64,000 nucleotides of DNA from Gammaproteobacteria bacterium (GTDB lineage: Bacteria; Pseudomonadota; Gammaproteobacteria; GCA-001735895), in NCBI GenBank assembly GCA_026989015.1, contig JALSKD010000183.1, positions 8,462-72,461 of the forward strand, given 5' to 3'. The translations under genes were made by a program, and so were the position numbers. The first letter of the stretch is position 1. Every line of letters starts with the position of its first letter. Below, one piece after another: positions 10,178-20,409 of this stretch. Below the pieces are notes generated by a model. That model did no database searches. It saw only the letters and a program-made list of their open reading frames with translations, and was not told the origin of the DNA.

Positions 10178-11596
10178 TCAGCGCCCCGGTACCGGGCCGA
10201 GGAAGCGGGCTTCCTCGACGGTTTCGAGCTCAGGATCATCGGTGGCCTGCAGCTTGAAGTACACCGGCGAGGTGCGCTGTTCCAGCTTGTCCGGGTCCAC
10301 TTCGATGCTCACCGGAACCTCGACCACCGAGCCGGGCTCGGCGTAGAGGCGGCGCTCCGGCATGTTGAGCTTGATGCCCGGCAGGCCCTCGGCACTGAGT
10401 TCGAATTCGTGAGGCTTGATGTCCTTGTTGATGATCTTGATGGTATAGACATTCTCCACATTGCCCATGCCGGTTTCACGGAACAGGGAATTGCGGTCGC
10501 GGATGACATCCATCTCCAGGATCGGTTTGTTGGCGATGGCGTAGAGGGTGCCGAGGGTGATCGCCAGCAGGATCAGTCCATAGACGATGATGCGCGGGCG
10601 CAGGATATGGGTTTCCTTGCCGGCCAGCCGGTTTTCGGTGGTGTAGCGGATCAGGCCCTTGGGGTAGCCCATCTTTTCCATGACATCGTCGCAGGCGTCG
10701 ATACAGGCGGCACAGCCGATGCACTGGTACTGCAGGCCATCACGGATGTCGATGCCGGTGGGACAGACTTGAACGCAGAGCGTGCAGTCCACGCAGTCGC
10801 CGAGCCCGAGCTCCTTGGGGTCTGCGTTCTTCTTGCGCGGTCCGCGCGGCTCGCCACGGGCGGGGTCGTAGGAGATGATCATCGTGTCCTGATCGAACAT
10901 GGCGCTCTGGAAGCGCGCATAGGGACACATGTACAGACAGACCTGCTCGCGCATCCAGCCTGCGTTGCCGTAGGTGGCGAAGCCGTAGAAGAAGATCCAG
11001 AACAGCTCCCAGGGGCCGAAGTCGAAGGTCGGGATGGAAGCGGCAAGCTCACGGATCGGCGTGAAATAGCCGACGAAGGTGAAGCCGGTGTACAGCGACA
11101 GTGCCAGCCACAGGAAATGCTTGAGGAACTTCTTCGGAAATTTCTTCTTGAACGGAAGCTTGTCCAGCTTCATCTGCTGGTTTCGGTTGCCTTCGATGCG
11201 GTGCTCGATCCACATGAACAGCTCGGTCCACACCGTCTGTGGACAGGCAAAGCCGCACCACAGACGGCCGGCCAGGGCGGTGAAAAAGAACAGGGACAGC
11301 GCCGCGATGACCAGCAGCAGGGTCAGGTAGATGAAATCCTGCGGCCAGAACACCATGCCGAAGATGTAGAACTTGCGCGCCGGCAGGTCGAACAGTACGG
11401 CCTGGTGTCCGTCATAGTTGATCCAGGGAAGAATATAGAAGAGACCCAGAAGCACGGCCACGCCGAGCAGTCGCAGCGAGGCGAACAGGCCGTGCACCTC
11501 GCGCGGGTAGATCTTCTTGCGCTTCTGATAGAGTTCCTGCTCGATACTGTCCTGGGCCTTGCTGTCGGCCACTGTGGTCTTGCCGGTGTCGCTCAT
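10178..11596 (-). CDS. ccoG: cbb3 oxidase accessory 4Fe-4S protein CcoG/FixG
   Basis: Cysteine clusters CVDCTLCVQVCP and CIGCAACIDAC plus several TM segments. I prefer ATG 11596 (MSDTGKTT...) over the track's GTG at 11644. Confidence 0.9.
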   Translation of the reverse strand: MSDTGKTTVADSKAQDSIEQELYQKRKKIYPREVHGLFASLRLLGVAVLLGLFYILPWINYDGHQAVLFDLPARKFYIFGMVFWPQDFIYLTLLLVIAALSLFFFTALAGRLWCGFACPQTVWTELFMWIEHRIEGNRNQQMKLDKLPFKKKFPKKFLKHFLWLALSLYTGFTFVGYFTPIRELAASIPTFDFGPWELFWIFFYGFATYGNAGWMREQVCLYMCPYARFQSAMFDQDTMIISYDPARGEPRGPRKKNADPKELGLGDCVDCTLCVQVCPTGIDIRDGLQYQCIGCAACIDACDDVMEKMGYPKGLIRYTTENRLAGKETHILRPRIIVYGLILLAITLGTLYAIANKPILEMDVIRDRNSLFRETGMGNVENVYTIKIINKDIKPHEFELSAEGLPGIKLNMPERRLYAEPGSVVEVPVSIEVDPDKLEQRTSPVYFKLQATDDPELETVEEARFLGPVPGR

Positions 11597-11715
11597 GATG
11601 ATTCCCTGCCAGAAAAGTTGAAAAGGTTGATATGAATCTGGCACCTGCGAAGGTGACGGATTGATAGCAACCGGGAGTATTCCTTGCGGAAGAGGAGGAC
11701 TTCCGGCACGGCAGC

Positions 11716-11739
11716 GGGAGTGGCCCCCTGGCCACTCCC
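11716..11739 (-). terminator. perfect 10-bp GC-rich hairpin between ccoP and ccoG (attenuator or mRNA-stabilising stem; no clear U-tract)
   Basis: GGGAGTGGCC-CCCT-GGCCACTCCC, 12 nt downstream of the ccoP stop. Confidence 0.4.
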
Positions 11740-11750
11740 GTTGACCGGTA

Positions 11751-12659
11751 CTACTGCTGCCTGTGGCTCAGGCTGTAGACATAGGCGGCCAGGATATGGA
11801 CCTTGTCCTCGCCCAACCGGTCCTTGTGCGCCGGCATCTTGCCCTTGCGTCCGTGCGCAATGGTTTGTTCCACGGTCTTGCGGTTGCCTCCATAGAGCCA
11901 GATGGTGTCGGTCAGGTTGGGCGCGCCGAGGGCCTGATTGCCCTTGGCGTCCATGCCGTGACAACCGGCACAGGTGGTCTCGAAGATTTTTTTGCCGGCG
12001 GCAATCTCTTCGGCGGGCGCTTCGCGACCGGACAGGCTGAGCACATAGGACGCCACATTGCGCACGCCGTCGGCACCGATCACCGGCAGCCAGGCCGGCA
12101 TGTTGCCGTTGCGGCCATTGAGGATCGTGGTCTTGATCTGCTCGGGCTTGCCGCCATACAGCCAGTCGTTGTCGGTCAGGTTGGGGAAGCCCCGGTTGCC
12201 ACGGGCATCGGAGCCGTGGCAGACCGCGCAATTGTTGACGAAGAAGCGGTTGCCGGTGCGCAGCGCGGCCTCGTTTTTGGCCAGTTCGGCGATCGGCATG
12301 CTGGCGTACTTCTTGTACAGCGGGTCGTACTTGGCCTTGGCTTCCTGCACTTCCAGTTCATGGTTGCCGGCGCTGCTCCAGCCCAGCACGCCCTTGGCGA
12401 CGCCCAGCCCCGGGTACAGTACCAGGTAGCCGAGGGCAAACACGATGGTGAGGTAGAACATCCACACCCACCAGTTGGGCAGGGGGTTGTTCAGTTCCTC
12501 GATGCCGTCCCACTCGTGTCCGGTGGACTTGGCGGTTTCGCCCGGCTGCAGCTTGACCTTGCGGCCGGAAACGAGCAGATAAACCATCCAGAAAATGCCG
12601 CCCAGTGTGCCGAGTGAAATGAAGAGGGTCCAGAAGACCGGTTGAAAGAAATCTGCCAT
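11751..12659 (-). CDS. ccoP: cytochrome c oxidase cbb3-type subunit III (dihaem c)
   Basis: Two CxxCH motifs (CAVCHG, CAGCHG) and N-terminal TM/NPLPNWW motifs. Confidence 0.93.
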   Translation of the reverse strand: MADFFQPVFWTLFISLGTLGGIFWMVYLLVSGRKVKLQPGETAKSTGHEWDGIEELNNPLPNWWVWMFYLTIVFALGYLVLYPGLGVAKGVLGWSSAGNHELEVQEAKAKYDPLYKKYASMPIAELAKNEAALRTGNRFFVNNCAVCHGSDARGNRGFPNLTDNDWLYGGKPEQIKTTILNGRNGNMPAWLPVIGADGVRNVASYVLSLSGREAPAEEIAAGKKIFETTCAGCHGMDAKGNQALGAPNLTDTIWLYGGNRKTVEQTIAHGRKGKMPAHKDRLGEDKVHILAAYVYSLSHRQQ

Positions 12660-12664
12660 CAGAG

Positions 12665-12835
12665 TTACTCCTCTGTCTTGTTTTGGGGTTGTTGCGGGTG
12701 GTCGCTGTCATCCAGCGCCAGACGCGCCGCCTCGTCGAAGTCCTTTTTGCGGCGGCCGCTGTAGGCCCACCAGACGATTCCGATGAAGGTGACGAACACG
12801 ACCACCGTCCAGATGGATTGCACCAGGGGGGACAT
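12665..12835 (-). CDS. ccoQ: cytochrome c oxidase cbb3-type subunit IV (CcoQ), 56 aa
   Basis: Below the ORF-track size cut-off. My translation is MSPLVQSIWTVVVFVTFIGIVWWAYSGRRKKDFDEAARLALDDSDHPQQPQNKTEE. Single TM segment, exactly in the ccoO-ccoP gap. Confidence 0.8.
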   Translation of the reverse strand: MSPLVQSIWTVVVFVTFIGIVWWAYSGRRKKDFDEAARLALDDSDHPQQPQNKTEE

Positions 12836-12837
12836 GA

Positions 12838-13446
12838 TTACATCCCCTTGAGCGCGGTGCCGAGGGATTGCAGGTAGGCGATCACGGCATCGATCTCCTT
12901 CTTGCCTTCAAGTTCCTTGGGCGCATTGGCGATTTGCTCGTCGGTATAGGGATGACCGAGGTAGCGCAGGCCTTTCATCTTGGCCTGGATGTCGCTGTTG
13001 TCCAGATCATTCTCCGCCAGCCACCAGTAGGACGGCATGATCGATTCGGGCACTACATCGCGCGGGTTGATCAGGTGCGCACGGTGCCAGTCGTCGGAGT
13101 AACGGCCACCGACACGGTGCAGGTCCGGTCCGGTACGCTTGGAACCCCACAGGAACGGGCGATCATAGATGTACTCGCCCGCGGTGGAATAATGGCCATA
13201 ACGCTCGGTTTCGGCACGGAACGGACGGATCATCTGCGAATGGCAGCCGACGCAGCCCTCGCGGATGTAGATGTCACGACCGGCCAGCTGCAGCGGGGTA
13301 TAGGGCTTGAGGCCCTCCACCGGCAGCGTGGTGCTTTTCTGGAAGAACAGCGGAACGATCTGCACCAGGCCACCCACGCTGATAACCGCAATGGTCAGGA
13401 TGATCAGCAGACCGAGGTTCTTTTCAACTTTTTCTTGAACAGACAT
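12838..13446 (-). CDS. ccoO: cytochrome c oxidase cbb3-type subunit II (monohaem c)
   Basis: CVGCHS haem motif and a typical CcoO N-terminal anchor. Confidence 0.95.
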   Translation of the reverse strand: MSVQEKVEKNLGLLIILTIAVISVGGLVQIVPLFFQKSTTLPVEGLKPYTPLQLAGRDIYIREGCVGCHSQMIRPFRAETERYGHYSTAGEYIYDRPFLWGSKRTGPDLHRVGGRYSDDWHRAHLINPRDVVPESIMPSYWWLAENDLDNSDIQAKMKGLRYLGHPYTDEQIANAPKELEGKKEIDAVIAYLQSLGTALKGM

Positions 13447-13459
13447 GAATCATTCTCTC

Positions 13460-14887
13460 CTAGTGGGCAGCGGGCACGGGAACCTGGGCGGTCGCCGGAG
13501 TGGCGCCCTTGACGGTCTTCCAGATGTTGTAGGCCATGATGCACATGCCGGTCACGAAGAAGACGCCGCCCATGAAGCGGATGACATAAAACGGATGGGA
13601 GGCTTGAACGGATTCCACGAAGCTGTAGGTCAGCGTGCCGTCATCGTTGACCGCGCGCCACATCAGGCCCTGCATGACGCCGGAGATCCACATGGAGGTG
13701 ATGTACAGCACGACACCGATGGTGGCGATCCAGAAGTGGGTCTCGATCAGCCGGGTGCTGTAGATCTCGCGGTTGTAGAGGCGCGGAATCAGGTAATACA
13801 GCGAGCCGATGGAGATGAAGGCCACCCAGCCCAATGCGCCGGAGTGCACATGTCCGATGGTCCAGTCAGTGAAATGTGACAGCGCGTTGACGGTCTTGAT
13901 CGCCATCATTGGACCTTCGAAGGTGGACATGCCGTAGAAGGAGACGGCGACGATGAGGAACTTGAGGATCGGGTCTTCACGCAGCTTTTCCCAGGCGCCG
14001 GAGAGGGTCATGATGCCGTTGATCATGCCGCCCCAGGACGGTGCCAGCAGGATCAGGGACATCACCATGCCTAGTGACTGGGTCCAGTCGGGCAGCGCGG
14101 TGTAGTGCAGATGGTGCGGTCCGGCCCAGATGTAGGTGAAGGACAGGGCCCAGAAGTGCACCACCGACAGGCGGTAGGAATAGACCGGGCGGTTGGCCTG
14201 CTTGGGGATGAAGTAGTACATCATGCCGAGGAAGCCGGCGGTGAGGAAGAAGCCGACCGCGTTGTGGCCGTACCACCACTGGATCATCGCGTCCTGAACG
14301 CCGGAATACATGGAGTAGGCCTTCAGCGGGCCGACCGGCAACGCCATGTTGTTGAAGATGTGCAGCACCGCGATGGTGATGATGAAACCGCCGTAGAACC
14401 AGTTGGCAACATAGATGTGCTTGACCTTGCGCTTGGCGATGGTGCCGAAGAACACGACCGCGTAGGACACCCAGACCACGCCGATCAGCAGATCAATGGG
14501 CCACTCCAGTTCGGCGTATTCCTTTGATGAGGTGTAGCCCATGGGAAGGGTGATGACCGCGGCGAGGATGACGGCCTGCCAGCCCCAGAAGGTGAAGGAA
14601 GCCAGCCTGGGCGAGAACAGCGAGGTGTAGCAGGTGCGCTGCACCACATAGTAGGAGGTCGCGAACAGCGCCGATCCGCCGAAGGCGAAGATGACGGCGT
14701 TGGTGTGCAGCGGGCGCAGGCGTCCGAAGGACAGCCAGGGCGTATCGAAGTTCATGGCGGGCCAGGCCAGCTGCGAGGCGATCAGCACGCCGAGCGACAT
14801 GCCGACGATCCCCCAGATCACGGTCATGATGGCGAACTGCCGTACCACCTTGTAGTTGTATTCTTCTGTAGCTATGTGTTGAGACAT
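13460..14887 (-). CDS. ccoN: cytochrome c oxidase cbb3-type subunit I
   Basis: 475-aa polytopic haem-copper oxidase subunit, followed by ccoOQP. Confidence 0.95.
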   Translation of the reverse strand: MSQHIATEEYNYKVVRQFAIMTVIWGIVGMSLGVLIASQLAWPAMNFDTPWLSFGRLRPLHTNAVIFAFGGSALFATSYYVVQRTCYTSLFSPRLASFTFWGWQAVILAAVITLPMGYTSSKEYAELEWPIDLLIGVVWVSYAVVFFGTIAKRKVKHIYVANWFYGGFIITIAVLHIFNNMALPVGPLKAYSMYSGVQDAMIQWWYGHNAVGFFLTAGFLGMMYYFIPKQANRPVYSYRLSVVHFWALSFTYIWAGPHHLHYTALPDWTQSLGMVMSLILLAPSWGGMINGIMTLSGAWEKLREDPILKFLIVAVSFYGMSTFEGPMMAIKTVNALSHFTDWTIGHVHSGALGWVAFISIGSLYYLIPRLYNREIYSTRLIETHFWIATIGVVLYITSMWISGVMQGLMWRAVNDDGTLTYSFVESVQASHPFYVIRFMGGVFFVTGMCIMAYNIWKTVKGATPATAQVPVPAAH

Positions 14888-14935
14888 ATTCAGCTTCCCG
14901 AGATAGACGAAATAGACAATAATTTAGCAAATACT

Positions 14936-14947
14936 AATATGCATATT
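14936..14947. promoter_or_regulatory. perfect 12-bp AT palindrome in the ccoN/ccoI divergent control region
   Basis: AATATGCATATT, about 50 nt upstream of the ccoN ATG, in the only AT-rich stretch of this locus. It does not match the TTGAT-N4-ATCAA FNR/Anr consensus. Confidence 0.25.
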
Positions 14948-15107
14948 TTCAATGCAGATCGGCTGAAAAGCAAAGAAATATCGCTAACCTGGATTAACCC
15001 CTCGAGCAGGAAACCGGACACTGTCTGTCGAAGCAACAGATACATCACGGAACTTAAGGAGCCGGGCCGGGTCGGCAACGGCGAATTGTAGCCGGATCGG
15101 CCCCGGA

Positions 15108-15137
15108 TTGACAGGCCAACCCGACCTCCCGTATGGG
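15108..15137 (+). promoter_or_regulatory. candidate sigma-70 promoter for ccoI
   Basis: TTGACA-N18-TATGGG, about 75 nt upstream of the ccoI ATG. Confidence 0.3.
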
Positions 15138-15211
15138 ATAGAACGGCTTTTGCGCCAATTGGTGTAGAGTAGCCGCCCAGAGCCGATCACTGACCCGGAG
15201 CGCCAGCGCGC

Positions 15212-17650
15212 ATGCCTGAAACCCCCCCATCGAATCACGAAGCGGACTGCTATCACTGCGGCTTGCCGCTGGCCGGAAGCCGACTGACGGTGGAGATCGA
15301 TGGTGAGGCGCGGCCAATGTGCTGCGCCGGCTGCGCGGCGGTGGCCGAGGCCATCGTCGCCTCCGGCAACAGCGATTATTACCGCTTCCGCGAGGAGAAA
15401 GCGCCCACCGGCCGCGACCTGGTGCCCGATTTTCTCGAAAAGATCCGCGTCTATGACCATCCGGCGGTACAACAGCAGTTCGTGCACCAAACCGCGGGTG
15501 ATGATGGGCAGGGTGATGTGCGCGAGGTTTCGCTGATCATCGAGGGCATCGTCTGCGCCGCCTGTCTGTGGCTCAACGAGCAGTACCTGCACAAACTGCC
15601 GGGCGTGATCGAAGTCTCCATCAACTATTCGACCCACCGCGCCCGGGTGCGCTGGGACAACGACCGTATCAAGCTCAGCCAGATTCTCGAGGCGGTCTCG
15701 CAGATCGGCTACCTGGCCCACCCCTACGACCCGGAGACCCAGCAGAAGCTGTTCGAGGAACAGCGCAAGTCGCTGATCCGCCGCATCGGCATCGCCGGAC
15801 TCTTCGGCATGCAGGTGATGATGTTCGCGCTGGTGCTCTATACCGGCGAATGGTGGGGCATCAGTGACCGCTTCCGTGAATTCTTCCGCTGGCTGTCCTG
15901 GCTGCTGGCCTCGCCGATTCTGTTCTATTCGGCCCAGCCCTTTTTCCGCGGCGCCTGGCAGGATCTGAAATTGCGCCGCGCCGGCATGGATGTGCCGGTG
16001 GCGCTGGGCATGGGGCTGGCCTATGCCGCCAGCGCCTGGCATGTGTGGACCGGCGAGGGCCATGTCTATTTCGACTCCATCGCCATGTTCACCTTTTTCC
16101 TGCTGTCGGTGCGGCTGTTCGAATTGTCGGCACGCAAGAAGGCCGCGGAGAAGATCGAGGAGCTGACCGACCTGACCCCGACCCTGTCCAACCGTCTGGG
16201 AGAGGACGGCGGCATCGAGGTCGTGCCTACCGTTGAGTTGCAGGTGGACGACCGGGTACTGGTACGCCCCGGCGAGGTCGTGCCCACCGACGGCCACCTG
16301 CTCAGTGCCCATGCGCTGGTCGATGAAGCCCTGCTCACCGGTGAACAGCACCCGGTGCGCAAGCAGCGTGGCGACACCCTGATCGGTGGCAGCTACAACC
16401 TGGACCAGCCGATCGAGCTGCAGGTTTCCCATCTGGGGCAGGACACGGTGCTTTCCGGTATCCGCCGGCTGATCGAACAGGCCCAGAGCTACAAGCCCGA
16501 CATTGCACGGCTGGCCGACCGCGTCGCCACCGTCTTCGTGCTGGTCTTGCTGGCACTGGTGGCTGCGGCCTCCCTATGGTGGTGGCAGCATGACCCCTCG
16601 CGGCTGCTGGCGGTGGTCGTGGCGACCCTGGTGGTGACCTGCCCCTGCGCCCTGTCGCTGGCGACACCCGCCTCGCTCAGTGCCGCCATCGGATCACTGA
16701 CCCGACGCGGCATGCTGGTGGCCCAGTCACGAGCGCTGGAAGCCATGCCGAAGGTGGATACCGTGGTGTTCGACAAGACCGGCACCCTGACCGGCGGTGA
16801 ATTGACGCTGGAACGGCAGGTGGATGCGGATGTGGCCGAGCGCGAGCGCAACCGGCGCATTGCCCACAGCCTGGAGATGCATTCCGAGCATCCGGTGGCG
16901 CGAGCCCTGGTGGACGAGACGCTGGCCCCGCTTGAAGTGTGGCAGCGGGTCAACCACCCCGGCCGCGGGGTCGAGGGCATCATCGATGGCGCGACCTGCT
17001 ACATCGGCAATGCCGCCTTCATTGCCGAGCATGCCGAGCTGCCCGCCGGGCTGACGCTGCCCGACGATCGGCAGGTGGTGCATCTGGCCCGTGACGGGCA
17101 GTGGCTGGCGGCCTTCAGTTTCACCGATCCGCTGAAGCCGGATGCCCGCGAAACGGTCGAAGCGCTGCGCGCAATGGGACTGGATGTGCGCATTCTCAGC
17201 GGTGACCGTGCCGCCCATGTGGCGGCCATTGCCGGCCAGCTGGGCATCGAGCACTGGGTGGCGGAACAATTGCCGGAGCAAAAGCTGTTGCGGGTCAAGC
17301 AGTGGCAGTCGGAAGGCCGCCGGGTGGCGATGATTGGCGACGGCATCAATGACGCGCCGGTGCTGGCGGCGGCGGACCTGTCGGTCTCATTGTCTTTCGG
17401 TGCCGATCTGGCGCGGGCGGCGGCCGATCTGATCATCAACGGCGGCCGCCTGCAACCGTTGGTCGATGCCTTCCGCATCACCCGCAAGACCCTGCGCGTG
17501 ATCCGGCAGAACTTTGCCTGGGCGGTGGGGTACAATATCGTCGCCGTGCCCTTCGCAATGGCGGGGCTGGTGCCGCCCTGGCTGGCGGCCATCGGCATGT
17601 CGCTGAGTTCGCTGGTGGTGGTGCTCAACGCCCTGCGGCTGCGCAACTGA
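15212..17650 (+). CDS. ccoI: copper-translocating P1B-type ATPase CcoI/FixI
   Basis: N-terminal CYHCGLP and CCAGC metal sites, TM CPC motif (VTCPCAL), phosphorylation motif FDKTGTLT, and GDGINDAP. Confidence 0.93.
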   Translation: MPETPPSNHEADCYHCGLPLAGSRLTVEIDGEARPMCCAGCAAVAEAIVASGNSDYYRFREEKAPTGRDLVPDFLEKIRVYDHPAVQQQFVHQTAGDDGQGDVREVSLIIEGIVCAACLWLNEQYLHKLPGVIEVSINYSTHRARVRWDNDRIKLSQILEAVSQIGYLAHPYDPETQQKLFEEQRKSLIRRIGIAGLFGMQVMMFALVLYTGEWWGISDRFREFFRWLSWLLASPILFYSAQPFFRGAWQDLKLRRAGMDVPVALGMGLAYAASAWHVWTGEGHVYFDSIAMFTFFLLSVRLFELSARKKAAEKIEELTDLTPTLSNRLGEDGGIEVVPTVELQVDDRVLVRPGEVVPTDGHLLSAHALVDEALLTGEQHPVRKQRGDTLIGGSYNLDQPIELQVSHLGQDTVLSGIRRLIEQAQSYKPDIARLADRVATVFVLVLLALVAAASLWWWQHDPSRLLAVVVATLVVTCPCALSLATPASLSAAIGSLTRRGMLVAQSRALEAMPKVDTVVFDKTGTLTGGELTLERQVDADVAERERNRRIAHSLEMHSEHPVARALVDETLAPLEVWQRVNHPGRGVEGIIDGATCYIGNAAFIAEHAELPAGLTLPDDRQVVHLARDGQWLAAFSFTDPLKPDARETVEALRAMGLDVRILSGDRAAHVAAIAGQLGIEHWVAEQLPEQKLLRVKQWQSEGRRVAMIGDGINDAPVLAAADLSVSLSFGADLARAAADLIINGGRLQPLVDAFRITRKTLRVIRQNFAWAVGYNIVAVPFAMAGLVPPWLAAIGMSLSSLVVVLNALRLRN

Positions 17651-17667
17651 TTGTTGGAGAAAACACC

Positions 17668-17862
17668 TTGGATATCCTCTACCTGCTGATACCGCTGGCC
17701 ATCCTCCTGCTGCTGGTGATCGCCGGCTTTTTTTTCTGGTCGGTCAAGTCCGGGCAGATGGACGACCTGGAAGGGCCGGCCTACCGCATTCTGATGGATG
17801 ACGATGCGGCACAGATCCCGGACGATGCGCGCAAGCCCGGCAATGGAAACACGGACACCTGA
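17668..17862 (+). CDS. ccoS: cbb3 oxidase maturation protein CcoS/FixS
   Basis: TTG start. MDILYLLIPLAILLLLVIAGFFFWSVKSGQMDDLEGPAYRIL is a typical CcoS. Directly follows ccoI. Confidence 0.88.
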   Translation: MDILYLLIPLAILLLLVIAGFFFWSVKSGQMDDLEGPAYRILMDDDAAQIPDDARKPGNGNTDT

Positions 17863-17892
17863 CCGGCGTTTGGTGAGGATGGCTGGCGGTGA

Positions 17893-18747
17893 TCAGCCCG
17901 CAGTTTCTTCGGATGCGGCCGACGCCGATGTGCCGGTGGCCGGCGCATCCTGGCCGCTGCGCTTGAACCAGGCCTTCATGCCGCCCTTCATGAACCAGTA
18001 GTTCTTCACCCCGGCCTGTTGCAGTCGGTACTGCAGCCAGCGTACCTGCTTGCCGGCGGCATCATAGACCAGCAGTGGCTTGCCCGATGCCTTCACCCGC
18101 TTGAGGTAATCTTCGAGGCGCCGGGTATCGTCCAGCGCGATATTGGTCTGGCGGAACGGGAAGATCTCGATCAGCCCGCGCTGGGTGGCGTCGCGCACAT
18201 CCAGAATCTCCACATCGCCTTGCGCGCGTTCGGCGAACTCCTGGGGTGAGAGCAGATGTGCGTTCAGCTGTTCCTTGCTGATCAGTCGGTTCGGGTCAAG
18301 GGGCTTCTCGCCGAGCAGCACGGCCCGCTCCGGGTAGGCACGCGCCCAGTCGAACACCCCCGCGTCATAGGCCATCACCCGGTTCAGACCGGCCTGCAAC
18401 GCCTTGCGCGTGGCCTTGTAGGACTTGTAACAGCTGTGCCCGTTACAGTAGAAGACCACCGGCTTGCCGTTTTCCTGAAGCGTGCGGACCTTGTCCACGA
18501 AGCCCTTGCCGTTGAGCGGGATGTTGACCGCGCCATCGATGTGCAGCGTGTCGTATTCGTAGCGGGAACGGACATCGACGATAGTGACCTGGTCGAACTG
18601 TTGCGCCAGGCGGTCGGTCTCGATGACCGGCGCCTTGGGGTAGATGGTGCGCCCCGGAAACTCCTGGGCGAACAGGGCCGTAGACGCAATCATCAGCGGG
18701 AACAGCAGCAACAGCGCCAGAATGCCGTGGCGGGGGCGAGACTTCAT
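17893..18747 (-). CDS. secreted tandem rhodanese-domain protein
   Basis: Signal peptide. The first domain has an active-site loop YCNGHSCYKS. The second domain has no cysteine at the equivalent position (VYDAAGKQ). Confidence 0.7.
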   Translation of the reverse strand: MKSRPRHGILALLLLFPLMIASTALFAQEFPGRTIYPKAPVIETDRLAQQFDQVTIVDVRSRYEYDTLHIDGAVNIPLNGKGFVDKVRTLQENGKPVVFYCNGHSCYKSYKATRKALQAGLNRVMAYDAGVFDWARAYPERAVLLGEKPLDPNRLISKEQLNAHLLSPQEFAERAQGDVEILDVRDATQRGLIEIFPFRQTNIALDDTRRLEDYLKRVKASGKPLLVYDAAGKQVRWLQYRLQQAGVKNYWFMKGGMKAWFKRSGQDAPATGTSASAASEETAG

Positions 18748-18852
18748 GGCAGGACTCTCCGGTGGTTCCCCGAACCGGGGAATAATTATTGTCTATAACG
18801 CATCAGCTTAATCGGTCCTGGTGAAATTGCCAGGATTTCACCCACCCGCTTC

Positions 18853-18868
18853 TGGCACGATCCCTGCA
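18853..18868 (+). promoter_or_regulatory. sigma-54 (RpoN) promoter upstream of flgG
   Basis: TGGCAC-GATCC-CTGCA against consensus TGGCAC-N5-TTGCW, 44 nt upstream of the flgG ATG. Confidence 0.6.
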
Positions 18869-18911
18869 TCGAGTTTTGCATTCCAGGCAACACTCGATCA
18901 GGAGAACCCCG

Positions 18912-19697
18912 ATGAATCAGGCATTATGGGTGGCCAAGACCGGCCTCGACGCACAGCAGACCCGACTCGCGGTCATATCCAACAACCTCGCCAATGTCAG
19001 CACCACCGGCTTCAAGCAGTCACGGGCGGTATTCGAGGATCTGCTCTACCAGAATGTACGCCAGGTCGGTGGCCAGACCTCACAGGATACCCGCCTGCCG
19101 TCGGGGCTGATGCTGGGTACCGGTGTGCGTACCGTGGCCACCGAGAAACTGCACACCCAGGGTGGCATCCAGACCACCGGCAACGCACTGGACATCGCCA
19201 TCGACGGCAAGGGCTATTTCCCGATCCTGCTGCCGGATGGCAGCGAGGCCTATACCCGCGACGGCAGCTTCAAGATTTCCGATCAGGGGCAAATGGTGAC
19301 CGCCAGCGGCTATGTCTTGCAGCCCGGCATCAACATACCGGCCGATGTGCAGTCGATCACCATCGGTAATGACGGCGTGGTGTCGGTGGCCTTGCCGGGA
19401 CAGCCCACGCCGCAGATCGTCGGCAACATCCAGATCGCCAACTTCATCAACCCGACCGGCTTGCAGCCGATCGGCGAGAACCTGTACCTGGAATCGGCCG
19501 CCAGCGGTACCGCCCAGGCCGGCACTCCCGGGCTGACCGGCCTTGGCAAGCTGCGTCAGGGTTCGCTGGAGAGCAGCAATGTCAATATCGTCGAGGAAAT
19601 GGTGGGCATGATCGAGACCCAGCGCGCCTACGAGATGAATTCGCGCATGATCTCCACCGCCGACGGCATGATGCAATTCCTCACCAACAATGTGTAA
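18912..19697 (+). CDS. flgG: flagellar distal rod protein FlgG
   Basis: ATG 18912 with a GGAGA RBS, inside track ORF 18876..19697. [35 protein letters not shown]...TNNV. Confidence 0.95.
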   Translation: MNQALWVAKTGLDAQQTRLAVISNNLANVSTTGFKQSRAVFEDLLYQNVRQVGGQTSQDTRLPSGLMLGTGVRTVATEKLHTQGGIQTTGNALDIAIDGKGYFPILLPDGSEAYTRDGSFKISDQGQMVTASGYVLQPGINIPADVQSITIGNDGVVSVALPGQPTPQIVGNIQIANFINPTGLQPIGENLYLESAASGTAQAGTPGLTGLGKLRQGSLESSNVNIVEEMVGMIETQRAYEMNSRMISTADGMMQFLTNNV

Positions 19698-19709
19698 CGG
19701 AGGCTTGAA

Positions 19710-20399
19710 ATGACCCTCCCGCATTACCGCCTCTGGCTGCCCGCGCTGGCCCTGTTGCTGTTGCAGGCCTGCGCTGCCGGCCGCATCCAGGTGCAGCCGG
19801 ACCCGATGTATGCCCCGATCGACCTCAAGGCCGAGCGTTTCCGTCCGCTCAACAATGGCTCCATCTATCAGGACGGCCGTGCGGTGCGCCTGTTCGAGGA
19901 CAGCAAGGCCTTTCGTATCGGCGATCTGCTCAGCATCCAGCTGAGGGAATCCACCAATGCCTCCAAATCGGCGGCCACCAATACCGCCAAGGCCGACGAT
20001 GTCAAGCTGGGAGCCGGCTCGCTGTTCGGGGTGACCCCGACCTTCAACGGCCAGTCGGTGCTGGCCACCGAACTCAAGGGCGAGCGCGCCTTCAAGGGCA
20101 GTGGCGACAGCAAGCAGAGCAACAGCCTCAAGGGCGAGATCACGGTGATGGTTACCGACATCCTGCCCAACGGAACGCTGGTGGTGCGTGGCGAGAAGAT
20201 CCTCGGGCTCAATCAGGGGTCTGAGTTCATCCGCATCTCCGGTCTGGTACGGCCGCAGGATGTCAGCTCCGCCAACGAAGTGCTTTCCGGCAAGCTGGCC
20301 AATGCACGCATCTACTACGGCGGTGGCGGCACCATTGCCGAGGCCAATACCAAGGGCTGGCTGTCGCGCCTGTTCGACAGCCCCATGTTCCCCTTCTGA
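19710..20399 (+). CDS. flgH: flagellar L-ring lipoprotein FlgH
   Basis: Lipobox LLQAC and conserved [20 protein letters not shown]. Confidence 0.93.
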   Translation: MTLPHYRLWLPALALLLLQACAAGRIQVQPDPMYAPIDLKAERFRPLNNGSIYQDGRAVRLFEDSKAFRIGDLLSIQLRESTNASKSAATNTAKADDVKLGAGSLFGVTPTFNGQSVLATELKGERAFKGSGDSKQSNSLKGEITVMVTDILPNGTLVVRGEKILGLNQGSEFIRISGLVRPQDVSSANEVLSGKLANARIYYGGGGTIAEANTKGWLSRLFDSPMFPF

Positions 20400-20409
20400 G
20401 GTGATCGAA

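Noticed and set aside
14888-15211. Search for an Anr/FNR box (TTGAT-N4-ATCAA) in the ccoN/ccoI control region.
   Set aside because: Only poor partial matches exist (for example TTGAC-AGGC-CAACC at 15108). I do not call a site.
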